Shown one piece after another: positions 14,658 to 25,629 of a stretch of DNA of 64,000 bases. The translations under genes and the position numbers were made by a program. This DNA is from Chrysomallon squamiferum (Eukaryota > Animalia > Mollusca). The DNA lies in NCBI GenBank assembly GCA_012295275.1, contig CM022672.1, positions 12,400,001 through 12,464,000 on the forward strand, written 5' to 3'. Under the pieces are notes generated by a model. It was given only the letters and a program-made list of their open reading frames with translations. It did no database searches and was not told where the DNA came from. Every line of letters starts with the position of its first letter. Position 1 is the stretch's first letter.

Positions 14658-14961
14658 CAGTCACGGGCAAACTGCGGCCCGCGCGGCTTTCTGTTTGGCC
14701 CGCCTAATTTCATAAGGAAAATAACGTTAATTCAAATTTTATAAAATGTATCCATTAATATACTAAAACGTATGTAATTTTAAAAAATATATATTACTAT
14801 TACTTTTATTATAACAGTTGCTGAAGTAAATGAAAATAAAACATTTCTTAAAATAAACTCTACGTAAAAACACAAAATCGTCTAAATTAGTACCTGCGGA
14901 CCGCCTGAGATGGAGCCATGTCTCAGGTGGCCCGCTTCTCGAAAAAGGTTGCCCATGCCTG
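14658..14961. mobile_element. Non-autonomous hAT (Charlie-like) MITE
   Basis: Imperfect 16-bp TIRs CAGTCACGGGCAAACT / rc CAGGCATGGGCAACCT, subterminal GGCCCGC repeats, and a degenerate 8-bp TSD gttcaaaa (14650-14657) / gtttagaa (14962-14969). Confidence 0.8.
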
Positions 14962-15120
14962 GTTTAGAAAGATCTTAAAATATGCTGTCAGACAATCCAG
15001 ATACAGGTGCATCAGAACTTTATTTTAATGAATAAAAATAAAACAAATTATTATTAATAAAATATATCCACGTTAAAGCGCTAACAACACTGCAAGCGGT
15101 TGATTAAATTTAATATAATA

Positions 15121-15856
15121 CCGTATATACTTGTGTATAAGTCGAATTTTTGGGAGACTATATTAAGGTAATATTTTGGGGGTCGACTTATACATAGGTA
15201 ATGCTTTTGTAGCTGTTGCTGAAGAGTCGCCATTTTGACTATTTTTTTTGCTACGGGATGCATCTAAAATAATCGCGGTCTTTCAGCTTTTCAAAAATAT
15301 AATTTTATCGTACAAAAAATTTTGAAAAATTAAATAACAAAACCAAATATGAATGTAAAACATGATATTCTTCCGTTTAATGACATAAAAATACATTTTA
15401 AAGCGAGAAAACCGTCAGTACGGCGTTATGCCTTACGGCGTCTTGCAATGATCTAGGAATGCAGACTTCTCTGCCAAATTGCACTAAATAATATTGCAAT
15501 CGTCATTAATATCCACTACCGACAAATCGACTAAATATAACGGTAAGTTAGGTCTCCATGTTAGACCTATTACATTAAAGAGATACTATTTATGATACAT
15601 TTAGGCTATAGCTCGTGTAATACATGCATTTACGTTATTATGGTATGTTCGTGCAAGTTACAGCTCGTGCAAGTTATGTTACAGTAGGCGTACAATGTAG
15701 GCCTTCATGGCACTGTCACACTGGTCTAAAAATAGTGACGGTGCCTGGAATCTACAGTCGACTTATACACAAGTAATACCTAAAATGACCCAATTTTTGG
15801 TCTTAAAATACACATCGACTTATACATAAGGTCGCCTTGTACACAAGTATATACGG
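15121..15856. mobile_element. Non-autonomous Tc1/mariner-pogo (Tc2-like) element
   Basis: Perfect TIR CCGTATATACTTGTGTA ... TACACAAGTATATACGG flanked by TA on both sides. The internal motif TCGACTTATAC repeats at ~15183, ~15758 and ~15815. No transposase ORF. Confidence 0.88.
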
Positions 15857-16368
15857 TAATTAATTAGTTTGTTTTCGTTCAACTTTAACGCAGGTATTTG
15901 CGTATTTTCGGCAGGCGTGGTTGATAATATAAACAGTATAAACAATAAATAATAACTTTGATAATGAAATTAAAAATAGATATATAAATATATGTTAATT
16001 ATTGGATACGTAGGCAGCAAAATATAACGACAGTTTCCGTTATGTCTGTTTTATTAATATTAAGTAAGCCGGTACATTTAAAACAAATGAATATAAATAC
16101 AAGTACCACCGACGTACGGCCTTAGTTTTTATTCAAGCTATGGATGAAATATGTGAGAGCAATACATCCTTGAATTTAAATATGAAATTTGTTCTACATC
16201 TAATAATAATACTATATTTTACCTACTTCAAAGTGTACCTATGGAGGCAAGAAGAAATTATCTAATGTTTTCTATATTTCCTTCATTATAATTCTTTATT
16301 TTGAGCAAATTGATTGTCCTCATTTATAACCGGTTAGAGAAAATGTTTTTGAAACTATGGTGTGAAGC

Positions 16369-16657
16369 CATGTCCGTAACTTCATTGAGGCAAATGAGGC
16401 AAATGCCTCTTACTGATACTGACAGTTTTTATTTTTATTTATTGAATTTTTTTATACAAAGATTTGATTAAAAAAAGTATAAAATATAAATCTCTATTCC
16501 GATAGAAACTGTATCCACTGAATGAATTTGCTTATGTCTATGGTTACCGTTTAAAGTCTAGAGACACCGATGCGATGAAAGACATAACTAACTTCAAAGA
16601 CATCAGTTTTTTTTGTTTTTTTTTCTTATTTCCAAAAAGAGTATAGTTACGGGCATG
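16369..16657. mobile_element. Small MITE with 13-bp TIRs and 5-bp TSD
   Basis: TIRs CATGTCCGTAACT / rc CATGCCCGTAACT. Exact GAAGC duplication at 16364-16368 and 16658-16662. Subterminal repeat TGAGGCAAATGAGGCAAATGCCTC. Confidence 0.75.
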
Positions 16658-17322
16658 GAAGCACTGAAAAAATCATTTTCAGTTCCATCCACAACTTGTT
16701 TTGAAGTTTTTAAAACTATTTTTTATGATAAATTTTAAAATAAGTTTGTGATAATGTTTATATTTTCTGTTCATTAATCACATTGTGTGTAATATAAACT
16801 ATTGAAAGTCAGTTTAAAATACTGGTTTTATTTTAGTATATTTCATTATACTCCTAACAGTAAAATGATACCCAGTAACCGATCGTTATTTTATCCAAGG
16901 GCGTCGTAAAATGGTAAATAAATAAACTGAGTGACCTGTCGTTGTTCCTAAGAAAACATTACAAGTAATTCATGCTTTTACAAAAGAGTTCGACATCGCC
17001 ATTTTTATTCCTAGCTGTCACTTTAGTCGTGAAGATATCGTGTATATGAAGGACTCACAGCAGTGGGCCTATATATTATAATCATCATCATCATCATTGT
17101 TGTTGTTGTTATTGTTATTAGTATTAACATTAGTATTAGTATTATTAATGACAAAACACAAAGCACATCTACAGCCAGTTGGTCCGCTTCTACACATTGT
17201 CACAACTAAATTTCTATTTATATATTTCTTCTTCTTCTTAAGACATAGGATTTTGTTTATCCTTTCTGCATATAGCATTTTTTTCACTTTAAAATTCATC
17301 TTATAAATGTATTTATGTAATT

Positions 17323-17324
<2 letters not shown>

Positions 17325-17366
<42 letters not shown>
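17325..17366. repeat. (GT)n microsatellite
   Basis: About 21 perfect GT units. Confidence 0.95.
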
Positions 17367-17370
<4 letters not shown>

Positions 17371-17983
17371 CTTATAACATGAGATATTTTGAAGACTGAC
17401 AAAATATTAAAATTCAGTCAGGTTTTTTTTTTTTTTTTTAATCATGCAAAAACATTTATAAATAATGCTTTTTTGTTGCTGTGTTGTTTGCTTTTCTTTA
17501 TGGAACTAGTTTCTGTGTATAACCTAAAATATATAAAAATAAAGAGATTACTCTTTGATTAATTTAAATACAAGGTTTTAAAATGGTGATTTAGTTGATA
17601 TATGTATTTAAATAGTACAAAGTAAAATCTTCATTTATAGTAAGTAAGTAATTAAATAAATAACTTATTTATTGGTTCTTGTAATATATGCCGTCCTGCC
17701 TGCAAAAATAATATATATGCATATGGAAAAAATTCCCAGAACAAATCCAAGGAGAAAAAAAATTGGTATAATTTAGATTCAGCTTTTTTAAAATGCAGAC
17801 AAAAATTAAAACAAAATTTCCTTTATTTTAATATTTAATTCATCAAAACTCCTGATAAGACGAAATAAAATGATTCAAATTAATAACACAATCACCCATT
17901 AACGTTCTTTCTACATTTAAAAAAAAAAAAATTTCACCTTGAGTTTCTGCCAATTAAATTACAAGCAATAAAACGGTTCTCGA

Positions 17984-18416
17984 TTAAATACCGTTGACAA
18001 TGGGCACACATTTATCATGAATTTTCTTTTCCAGCTCTTCTACCATTTGGTAGAAATCACGGAACCTTTGAAGAGAGAAAATGTGCGCAGAATTCTTTTC
18101 TGTCACCACCGATTCCACTTCTTGTCTTGCTGTGGGGTTGCCAGCAATTCCAACACCAAGTGCATACAATTTGGAGATTTTCTTCAGCCTGTTAGCCCCC
18201 GTTGTCAAATCCAGACCGCAGTTGTACTGTCCGTCAGTAACAAGGAGAGTATCTTTGGCCGTGTAGTCACGCATTCCTGTAATCATACGTGCAAGTTCAA
18301 ATACAAATTACCCAAGACATTTCTTATATTTCCTCGAAATTAAAAATAATTTAGAGAAATTTGCGAGTGATATTATATGTTAGTGACTGACAGAAGATTA
18401 CAAAATCTTGAATTAA

Positions 18417-18447
<31 letters not shown>

Positions 18448-20082
18448 TTGTGTTTAACAATGCCACGCGACACATTAATGCATAATGAATGACGAACATG
18501 AAGTCATCAGAGCAAATGGCATCTACGAGGAACCACGTTAAGGAAGCGTGTGGGTGCCTTTTTGTGTTGGCGTATGGAAGAGAAGAGATAATCTGATTTT
18601 CTTGCCGCCCCACATAAGATTGTACATTATTTATTTCAGTTGGATGTGTTAAAATGTCAACTGTTATTTTGTCATTTTCTGATGTAAACGTTTAAATACA
18701 AATAAAGATGTTATTATCGTGTTATGACTGATTCACATTCACTTACCAGCATCAGGTCTAAATACTGCCGTTGATGCTAAATCTAAAGCTGATCCAGTAC
18801 AAGTATTTCCACGGAGATGTTTCATATTAGAAACCACTTGTTTTAAGTACTCTGGATTTTGGTTGTCACTGAAACGATGGATTATCATAATCTGGTCTTG
18901 ACTGGCATACTGGACAATGGCTAAGCGGTTGTTGGACTTTAGAGGTCCAAATCCACCGCAAAATAGATTGATCATCAATCTCACACCTTTCTGCATGTAT
19001 TCGTATGATTCAGTTTTGATGCTACCCGACGAATCAAGGATAAGCAGAATATCACGTGGTTTATTCTTGTCTTTTCGACAATTTCCCGCCAAAAAACAGT
19101 TCTGGAGAAAACCTCCAACAGACGTTTTATTGGAGAAAGCTATATTAAAACAAAATCATTAATTTATTAAATGTTAATAGTGCGAATGTATGTTTGGTTG
19201 CATTAATGCGTCTGTGTATGTAAAAGGGTGAATTGTAATGAAATTATGATTTAAAAAAAAACGTTGTTAATAATTTAAGTTTAGGTTAAGCATTTTTAAT
19301 TATATAAACTCAGTTTCAGATATTTTAAGATAAATGAATTAACGATTTCTTCCTATCACTTTATTCTAAAATGATGATTTTTGCATAGAGTATTGTATGT
19401 GTGTATCAGAGGAGAACAAAAATAAAATTAAATGAATAAATAACAGCAATACGTTTTATAAATTCATTGAAAAGAAACCTAATTTAAAAATATTATTTAA
19501 AATTTTCCAAACTGAAAGTAACACGGAACTTATTTTACCAGATATGAACGGCATTAATTCAATAAGCTGCACAAGTTCGTTGGGTGGCGGACATCCACAT
19601 CCTTCCCTAATGATTTTTCGTTCTCGGCGAATCATGCCGAAGCCGAACGGACCTTCCCAATCTGACCACTGCCCAACTAAACACGGCTTCTCATCTTCGA
19701 GTAGCAAATCACCTGGTTCGATATCGAAACTGAAATTCCCAGTACCTACGTCAGTAAACAACGGATTTCTGCAGATGTTGTTGGCATCAACAAGTGCAGC
19801 AGGATCCAGAAATGAATCATCGATAAGCAACTGGGTGAAAAAGGTCTTAAGGCCAAATAGTTTTTCGGAATATCTGTTTTTTAACTGTTTGAATTTCTCA
19901 ACAAGTTCCGCATTAACATCTCTGCAGGTGCGTTTTTGTTTTGTGAAATAAGTATTAGTTAGCGTGCGAAATTTGGATTCAACGGTTTTCAAATTTGGAT
20001 CGAAGACTCTTGGGCCAGGAACTGAATAAGTGGATGCCAAAACGACAAGCGCGATGACGAAAACTGCAGCAGTTTGAAACAT
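17984..20082 (-). CDS. Secreted protein: signal peptide + helical region + truncated TSP1(spondin)-like motif + VWA domain (409 aa, 3 coding exons)
   Basis: Exons 20082-19539, 19139-18747, 18276-17984 (1230 nt, phases consistent). Signal peptide MFQTAAVFVIALVVLASTYS. TSP1-like CLVGQWSDWEGPFGFGMIRRERKIIREGCGCP. VWA with intact MIDAS residues DILLILDSSGS...GNTCT...VTDG. Confidence 0.9.
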
Positions 20083-20549
20083 TTTAGTTCTGAAAATGAG
20101 AGGAATAAAATGACTAAAAGGAATATAAATTAAAATTTAATGACTACTAACAAGAAATGTATAAAGAATAATAAAAAAATAACAGAGACGGAGAGATATA
20201 CATATAAACTGACTGAACTTTGATTTTCTTAAAGCATCTTATCATTAACTATAACAAAAGGATCTAAGAGAAAATTAAATATATGATATAAATGTTTATT
20301 TATTAAGAAATCAAAAAGAAAATAAGATCAAACAACATCTGTTAAATTCATATATTTCTAGTTAAATGTTATAATTTAACATATAAAACTGTATTAGAAA
20401 AATAATGATTTAATTAATTATGTGTCATACAAACCATCAGTTGTCTGTTATTCTAAAATATTATATAAATCTATAGTTGACAGTATGATAATATAATATA
20501 ACTTACAACAGCAGAAAACAGCTGGTTAAATAGCTTGTATAAAACTTAC

Positions 20550-20720
20550 CTCTTTTGGATTACCATATAGATATTTCACTTGTTTAATACCGTATATTTA
20601 TAGGAAAAGGAAGAAGCAAAAAATCAGCGTCTACTTATAGCTGATTGGGCGGATGGTAAAAGCTGTTCATTGTGAATGCAAAAAGAAGATACACCTTAAA
20701 ACATGTCTGAAAATTACGTC
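20550..20720 (-). promoter_or_regulatory. TATA-type promoter and short non-coding first exon of the TSP1-VWA gene
   Basis: Minus-strand TATAAATA at 20602-20595, overlapping CCAAT/GC box (ATTGGGCGG, 20644-20652) and CRE/CEBP-like TTACGTCA at ~20714. Donor GTAAGT at 20549 and acceptor at 20090-20091, just upstream of the ATG. Confidence 0.6.
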
Positions 20721-21426
20721 AAGTCCATGTCAACAACGAAATCTTTGAATCTCGTTTTCTAGTATACATTTCTTTTTAAAGATTCTACAAGTCACGATAT
20801 TTTTAGGGAGGGTTTACAATTAAGAAAAAAATAAGCGGATCTGGCTTCGGCGTTACATTTCAAGCAGAAGTCTAAGATTCTGGCTAATACTTAAAGATTT
20901 CTAAAGCTGTCCGGAATTTCAAACAAAAAGAATAAAATGAAGACCTGTCCTTTGTTTACTTCAGTTAAATGCGGTGGGAGTGAAAAATACTCTAAACAAA
21001 CGGGTGACGTTATTGCCAGTTCTTTGGCTTGAAAAAAAGATTGACTTACAGCCCTGGGTTCACGACGTGTTTGCAAATACAGATTAAGTTCAAATTAACA
21101 GTGAAAAAGAAACTTGAAAAGCATCTTTTAATTAGTCCAGAAGGTGCCTGGTTTAATCTATTGTATACTGCATTTTATACACTCAGTCTTTTCTTCTTTT
21201 TTCTTTTTAAAAGCTGTAAGGTGATATGTAGAATCAGCTATTAGGTATTAAATTTAAAATGCTTAAATCTAAAATGCCGGAAACATTTATATTTAAATGC
21301 AATAAATGAATTTAAAGGTTGGTTTTATAACACACACACACACACAAAATCAAAAACAAGAAAAACAAAGAAACAGTAAATCTATATATCTGTCTATCTT
21401 TCTATCTATTTATCCATCTCTCTACC

Positions 21427-21463
<37 letters not shown>

Positions 21464-22157
21464 CAACGAAACAAAACAAAAAATTTAAAAAAAGTTTCAA
21501 TCTAGTTTTACTTGAAAATTATTTTGTTGTTTTTACATAGAGACAGAGTTACAAACTATTAATGATAACATTTGTTAAAGAAAAAGATTATAAAATAAAA
21601 TTTATTTTTATTATTGGTAATTAAGATAATAAATATTACTATATTAACACCTAATTAATTTAAATATTGAGACGTTTCAGATTTCCCCTGGAACAAAATC
21701 TCAAAACTGAGGCTACAATTTTTTTATTTTATTAGATTATTATTTTATAGTACAAAAGATATAACAGGCATTGAAAATATTCTCTACACTATTTAGACAA
21801 GTTATATTACAAGGTGTCGAAAGGGATGTTTGACATGCATGACATCACTGTTGAATAGAATTACTAAATATTTACCCTTTTACATGTCAGAAAAGCGTCA
21901 CACCTTTGATATACACCTTTTTGTCAAACAACTAAGCAGAAATGTATATGGCCGAGGAAAAATTAAACACTGTATAATCAACCATCAAATAAACAAATAT
22001 GCAGATATAATAAATAAATAAATAAATAAATAAATAACGAAAATAACAAACAATAAAAAATAAAATAATAATAAAAGTACTTTGGAAACTATAACTGTTG
22101 TTGAATAGTTACAATGAATGTTGTGTAATTATTTTATTTAAATCAATTTTATCCTGA

Positions 22158-22159
<2 letters not shown>

Positions 22160-22206
<47 letters not shown>
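22160..22206. repeat. (ATT)n microsatellite
   Basis: Perfect trinucleotide run. Similar AAT/ATT runs lie at ~4033-4067, 24497-24556, 29716-29770 and 47377-47422. Confidence 0.95.
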
Positions 22207-22208
<2 letters not shown>

Positions 22209-24138
22209 GAGAAGAAGAAGAAGAAAAAGAAGAAATGTTAAGGCAAACTTATCTCATCTTTCACTGCGCCCCGTTCCAGCTACAATCATATAAATGGTTT
22301 TGTCTAAGGGTATTGTTTTCAAAAGAAGAAAGACCAATACCTCGATTCGCTCGAACATGTCACCATTAAAATAAAATATTATCTACAGATAATATTATAC
22401 TATCTTCTTTTTAAAAATTAATTTAAATTAAATGTGCATTAAATTTTAGGTTTTAACTACCATTTATGACTAAACAACCATGAAAAGAAGTTCTAATGGT
22501 ATAAATTGTATTCTCTCTGGTTTAAATAATAGTGAAACAACTATTAAAGCTTTCATTTTTATTTACTGTATATGTGGAAAAATTATCACAAATATTGATA
22601 ACAGAGTTCAAATATTTTTTCATATATGATTTTGTATGCGTATTAATTTGACCTTCGATTCCACTGTTTTACATACGTATTTAACATGAATCACAAACGT
22701 GTGCTGGCATAAACAGCCCAAAACGTGATCTTTCCTAAACTACTATCAAATATTAAACGAAGTGATGTTCGAGTACATTAGTTAGAAATGCTATCCCCTT
22801 TTTTTCAACAACTGGGCGAATTCCCACCTCAAAATCTTAAGATAATTTACTGTGTGTTTTAAAAACAAAATGAGATCGAATATCAGTTTATTTTGTTAGG
22901 GAAATTTCTTAATTTCTAGAAAATAAAGCGAAACAGGGAAATAGGTAAAAATGGCAACTGAATATTAGAAGGAAAAAATCGTAAAAAACACTCGATTATG
23001 CTGAATAGGTTAATTAAATGGAACATTTAGACCTATCTTTTTTCGCATTCTGCCTTGTATTTTACAAATAACCTCTGCATTTATTGTTTAATGGCCATTT
23101 GAAGTGTAGCGGTATTACCCGATTCATGAAAATTAACCACTCAGGAATGACAACTTAATACGGTAGTCTGCAGCAGTAAACATCAAAGTAATTAAACCAC
23201 AACTCTTATTCTCATGTTTATATATCAAATAAAACAGGCCTAAAATATAATATTTAACTCAGTAGGTCCACCTCTTTTAAGGTATTCATATATCATAGAT
23301 ATTATTGAATAGATAGTGCAAATTTGATACAGACTAAGGTTAACTTCTTTTATATATATATATAAAATGTCAAAATATCAATACATGGGAAATGGATTTT
23401 TGAAAACTTTATAACACAATCTTTTACACTGTTATAAATATACTGAAAAAGTTTTATTGTTATTGTTTTACATTTGGGATTGGTTTTCTTTTAATTGGTA
23501 TTGGATATATCTTCATTTGACAATTAAAAAAAAAAAACAAAAAACAAAAAGAAAACAACAACAAACATTATCACAGCTACATTAATCTTGTTGTGGACAC
23601 ACTTTATCGTGAACGAAGTATTGTATTCCACTACTCGGACATTTTAATATACATTTCTATGATAAATCATTAAATGAGAGGAAATGTGCCACCAAAGAGT
23701 TAATCTTTTTTCTTTTTTTTTTATATTAGGAACGAAGAATGGAACGTTTATATACACATTATATCTTCACCAGGCCTATCTTAAAATCATTATATCTTTA
23801 TTTAGCAAAACGATATATCGGAAAATATCCCAATCACCAATCATTGGTCCAATGTCTCTCTTTTATTAGCGCTAAATCGTTAATACGCGGCATACTGTTA
23901 ATATCGGTTGTCAGCGCATTTCGTTAAATTCCTCAAATTGCTATTGGATAAAAATGTTTTGTTTCATATCGTGACATATATTTTGACGTTCCGCTTGTTA
24001 CGCTTTAGGCATTCTACGATTTCATATCTGAATTTAAAAAGGTTACTTTTTCTCTTTAAACATTAATTTTAGTACACGTTTGCTACATATTTCACTCCAG
24101 CAAGTCTATCATAAAATCGTAAACAATGTCTGCAGTTT

Positions 24139-24210
24139 GGGGATGTAGCTCAGTGGTAGAGCGTTCGCTTCGCATGTGAAAGGCCCCGGGTTCGATCCCC
24201 GGCATCTCCA
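24139..24210 (+). tRNA. tRNA-Ala (anticodon CGC)
   Basis: 72-nt cloverleaf GGGGATGTAGCTCAGTGGTAGAGCG-TTCGC-TTCGCAT-GTGAA-AGGCCCCGGGTTCGATCCCCGGCATCTCCA. It has the G3:U70 alanine identity pair, intact A and B boxes, and a T-run terminator at ~24220-24230. Confidence 0.97.
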
Positions 24211-24496
24211 GCGTTGCTACTTTCATTTTTCATTTCAGTAACCTGTTTTTACTTTCTATCATTGTTATTTTTATGTATTCCTTTCACAGAAATATTACTA
24301 TATAGTGACTAGCCAATAAAATAAATAATGTACCAAATTAGTTTGGTAATCTATTGAAACTGAATACTGTATTCTCACTGTAGTAACTGTTAATGAATGT
24401 CTTTCAGCAGCTTCTGTGTATTAATATCTGTGTGCATATGCAACAATGTACATACACAGACAATTAAGGCAATTTATGTTGGTTTTTATTTTATTA

Positions 24497-24557
<61 letters not shown>

Positions 24558-25629
24558 TTTATTTCATTCTTTTTTAAAATTATATTAATAAAAAAATATT
24601 AATATCAAAAAAATTATCTTTTTATTATTCAGTGTTATTATTTTAAATAATGCTCCATCACTGATTTACTGAAATGTTTAATTTGTTAGTTGTGCATCAA
24701 AGCCAGTGCTATGTACTGCCTTCTTATGAAAAACACTATTATTAAATACTGTACAAACCTGATTTGGCCACATCTTTATAATAAATTAGACAAGATTCCC
24801 TTCCCATACATTATCTTATATATATATTAACTGAACGTATCAATTATTTTTGCCTTGAGTATTCATCTTAGCAAGATTCAACTGTTTAATTGAGACAATG
24901 AGGAAACTGCTCTGCTTGATTTGCCAGAGACAAGATGTGTGAATTTTAACTGATATTATAATGCCTTAAAAGAAACTGTTTAGCAATAATTTTATTAAGT
25001 TATTTAATTTAAATTTTGATGAAAAGCTTTATTTTAATAATCATCAAATTTTATGTATATCTCTTTCTAAATGAGTAAATGGGAGATTTGAGTTATTAAG
25101 AACTTTCTAACTAGTGGTCTTGAAATGAATAAAAGTTCAGTGACTTATAAAGGCTTATTATGTGCAAATTATTTGTTTTGTTGTATAATAATATAAAAGA
25201 GAAATCATGGATAAACTAGTCAAGGGAGATTGATAGTGATAGGAAATAAACTTTTCAGCAAAGGAGTAATACTGTGACTTATAATGCTTCAGGATTATAC
25301 TCTAACCAAAACATTTTTTATTCCACATAAAAAAAATAAAATAAAATAAAATAAAATAATAATAAAAAGAACAAAGAAAAAGTAAAAAGGGTAAAAAAGA
25401 ATAAAAATGAAAGTTGTAAAATATATTTTTTATTTCCAGGAGCAAGACAAATGCAAAAGCAAGGGCATGAAAAAGCAGAAATTTTATTTATTTTCTTTTA
25501 ATAACAAATCTGTTACAGCATAATAAAGATTAAACAAACAAATAAAAAGTAATAATAATAATAAAATCAAAAAATTCAAAATCATTTCAGGCTATAGTAA
25601 GCACCAAGCAAACTGAACAGTTTAAAAAT

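Noticed and set aside
21680-22910. NF-kB-like sites upstream of the TSP1-VWA gene (GATTTCCCC, GGGCGAATTCCC, GGGAAATTTC)
   Set aside because: None matches the full consensus, and such short motifs are expected by chance; insufficient to claim immune regulation.
24126-24179. Good-context ATG (AAACAATGTC) opening a 17-codon ORF through the tRNA-Ala gene
   Set aside because: The ORF is very short and fully explained by tRNA sequence constraints. There is no splice or homology support.
24898-24953. Possible C/D box snoRNA (ATGAGGA...CTGA)
   Set aside because: The C box is imperfect, the element is too short, and there is no terminal stem or recognisable rRNA guide.
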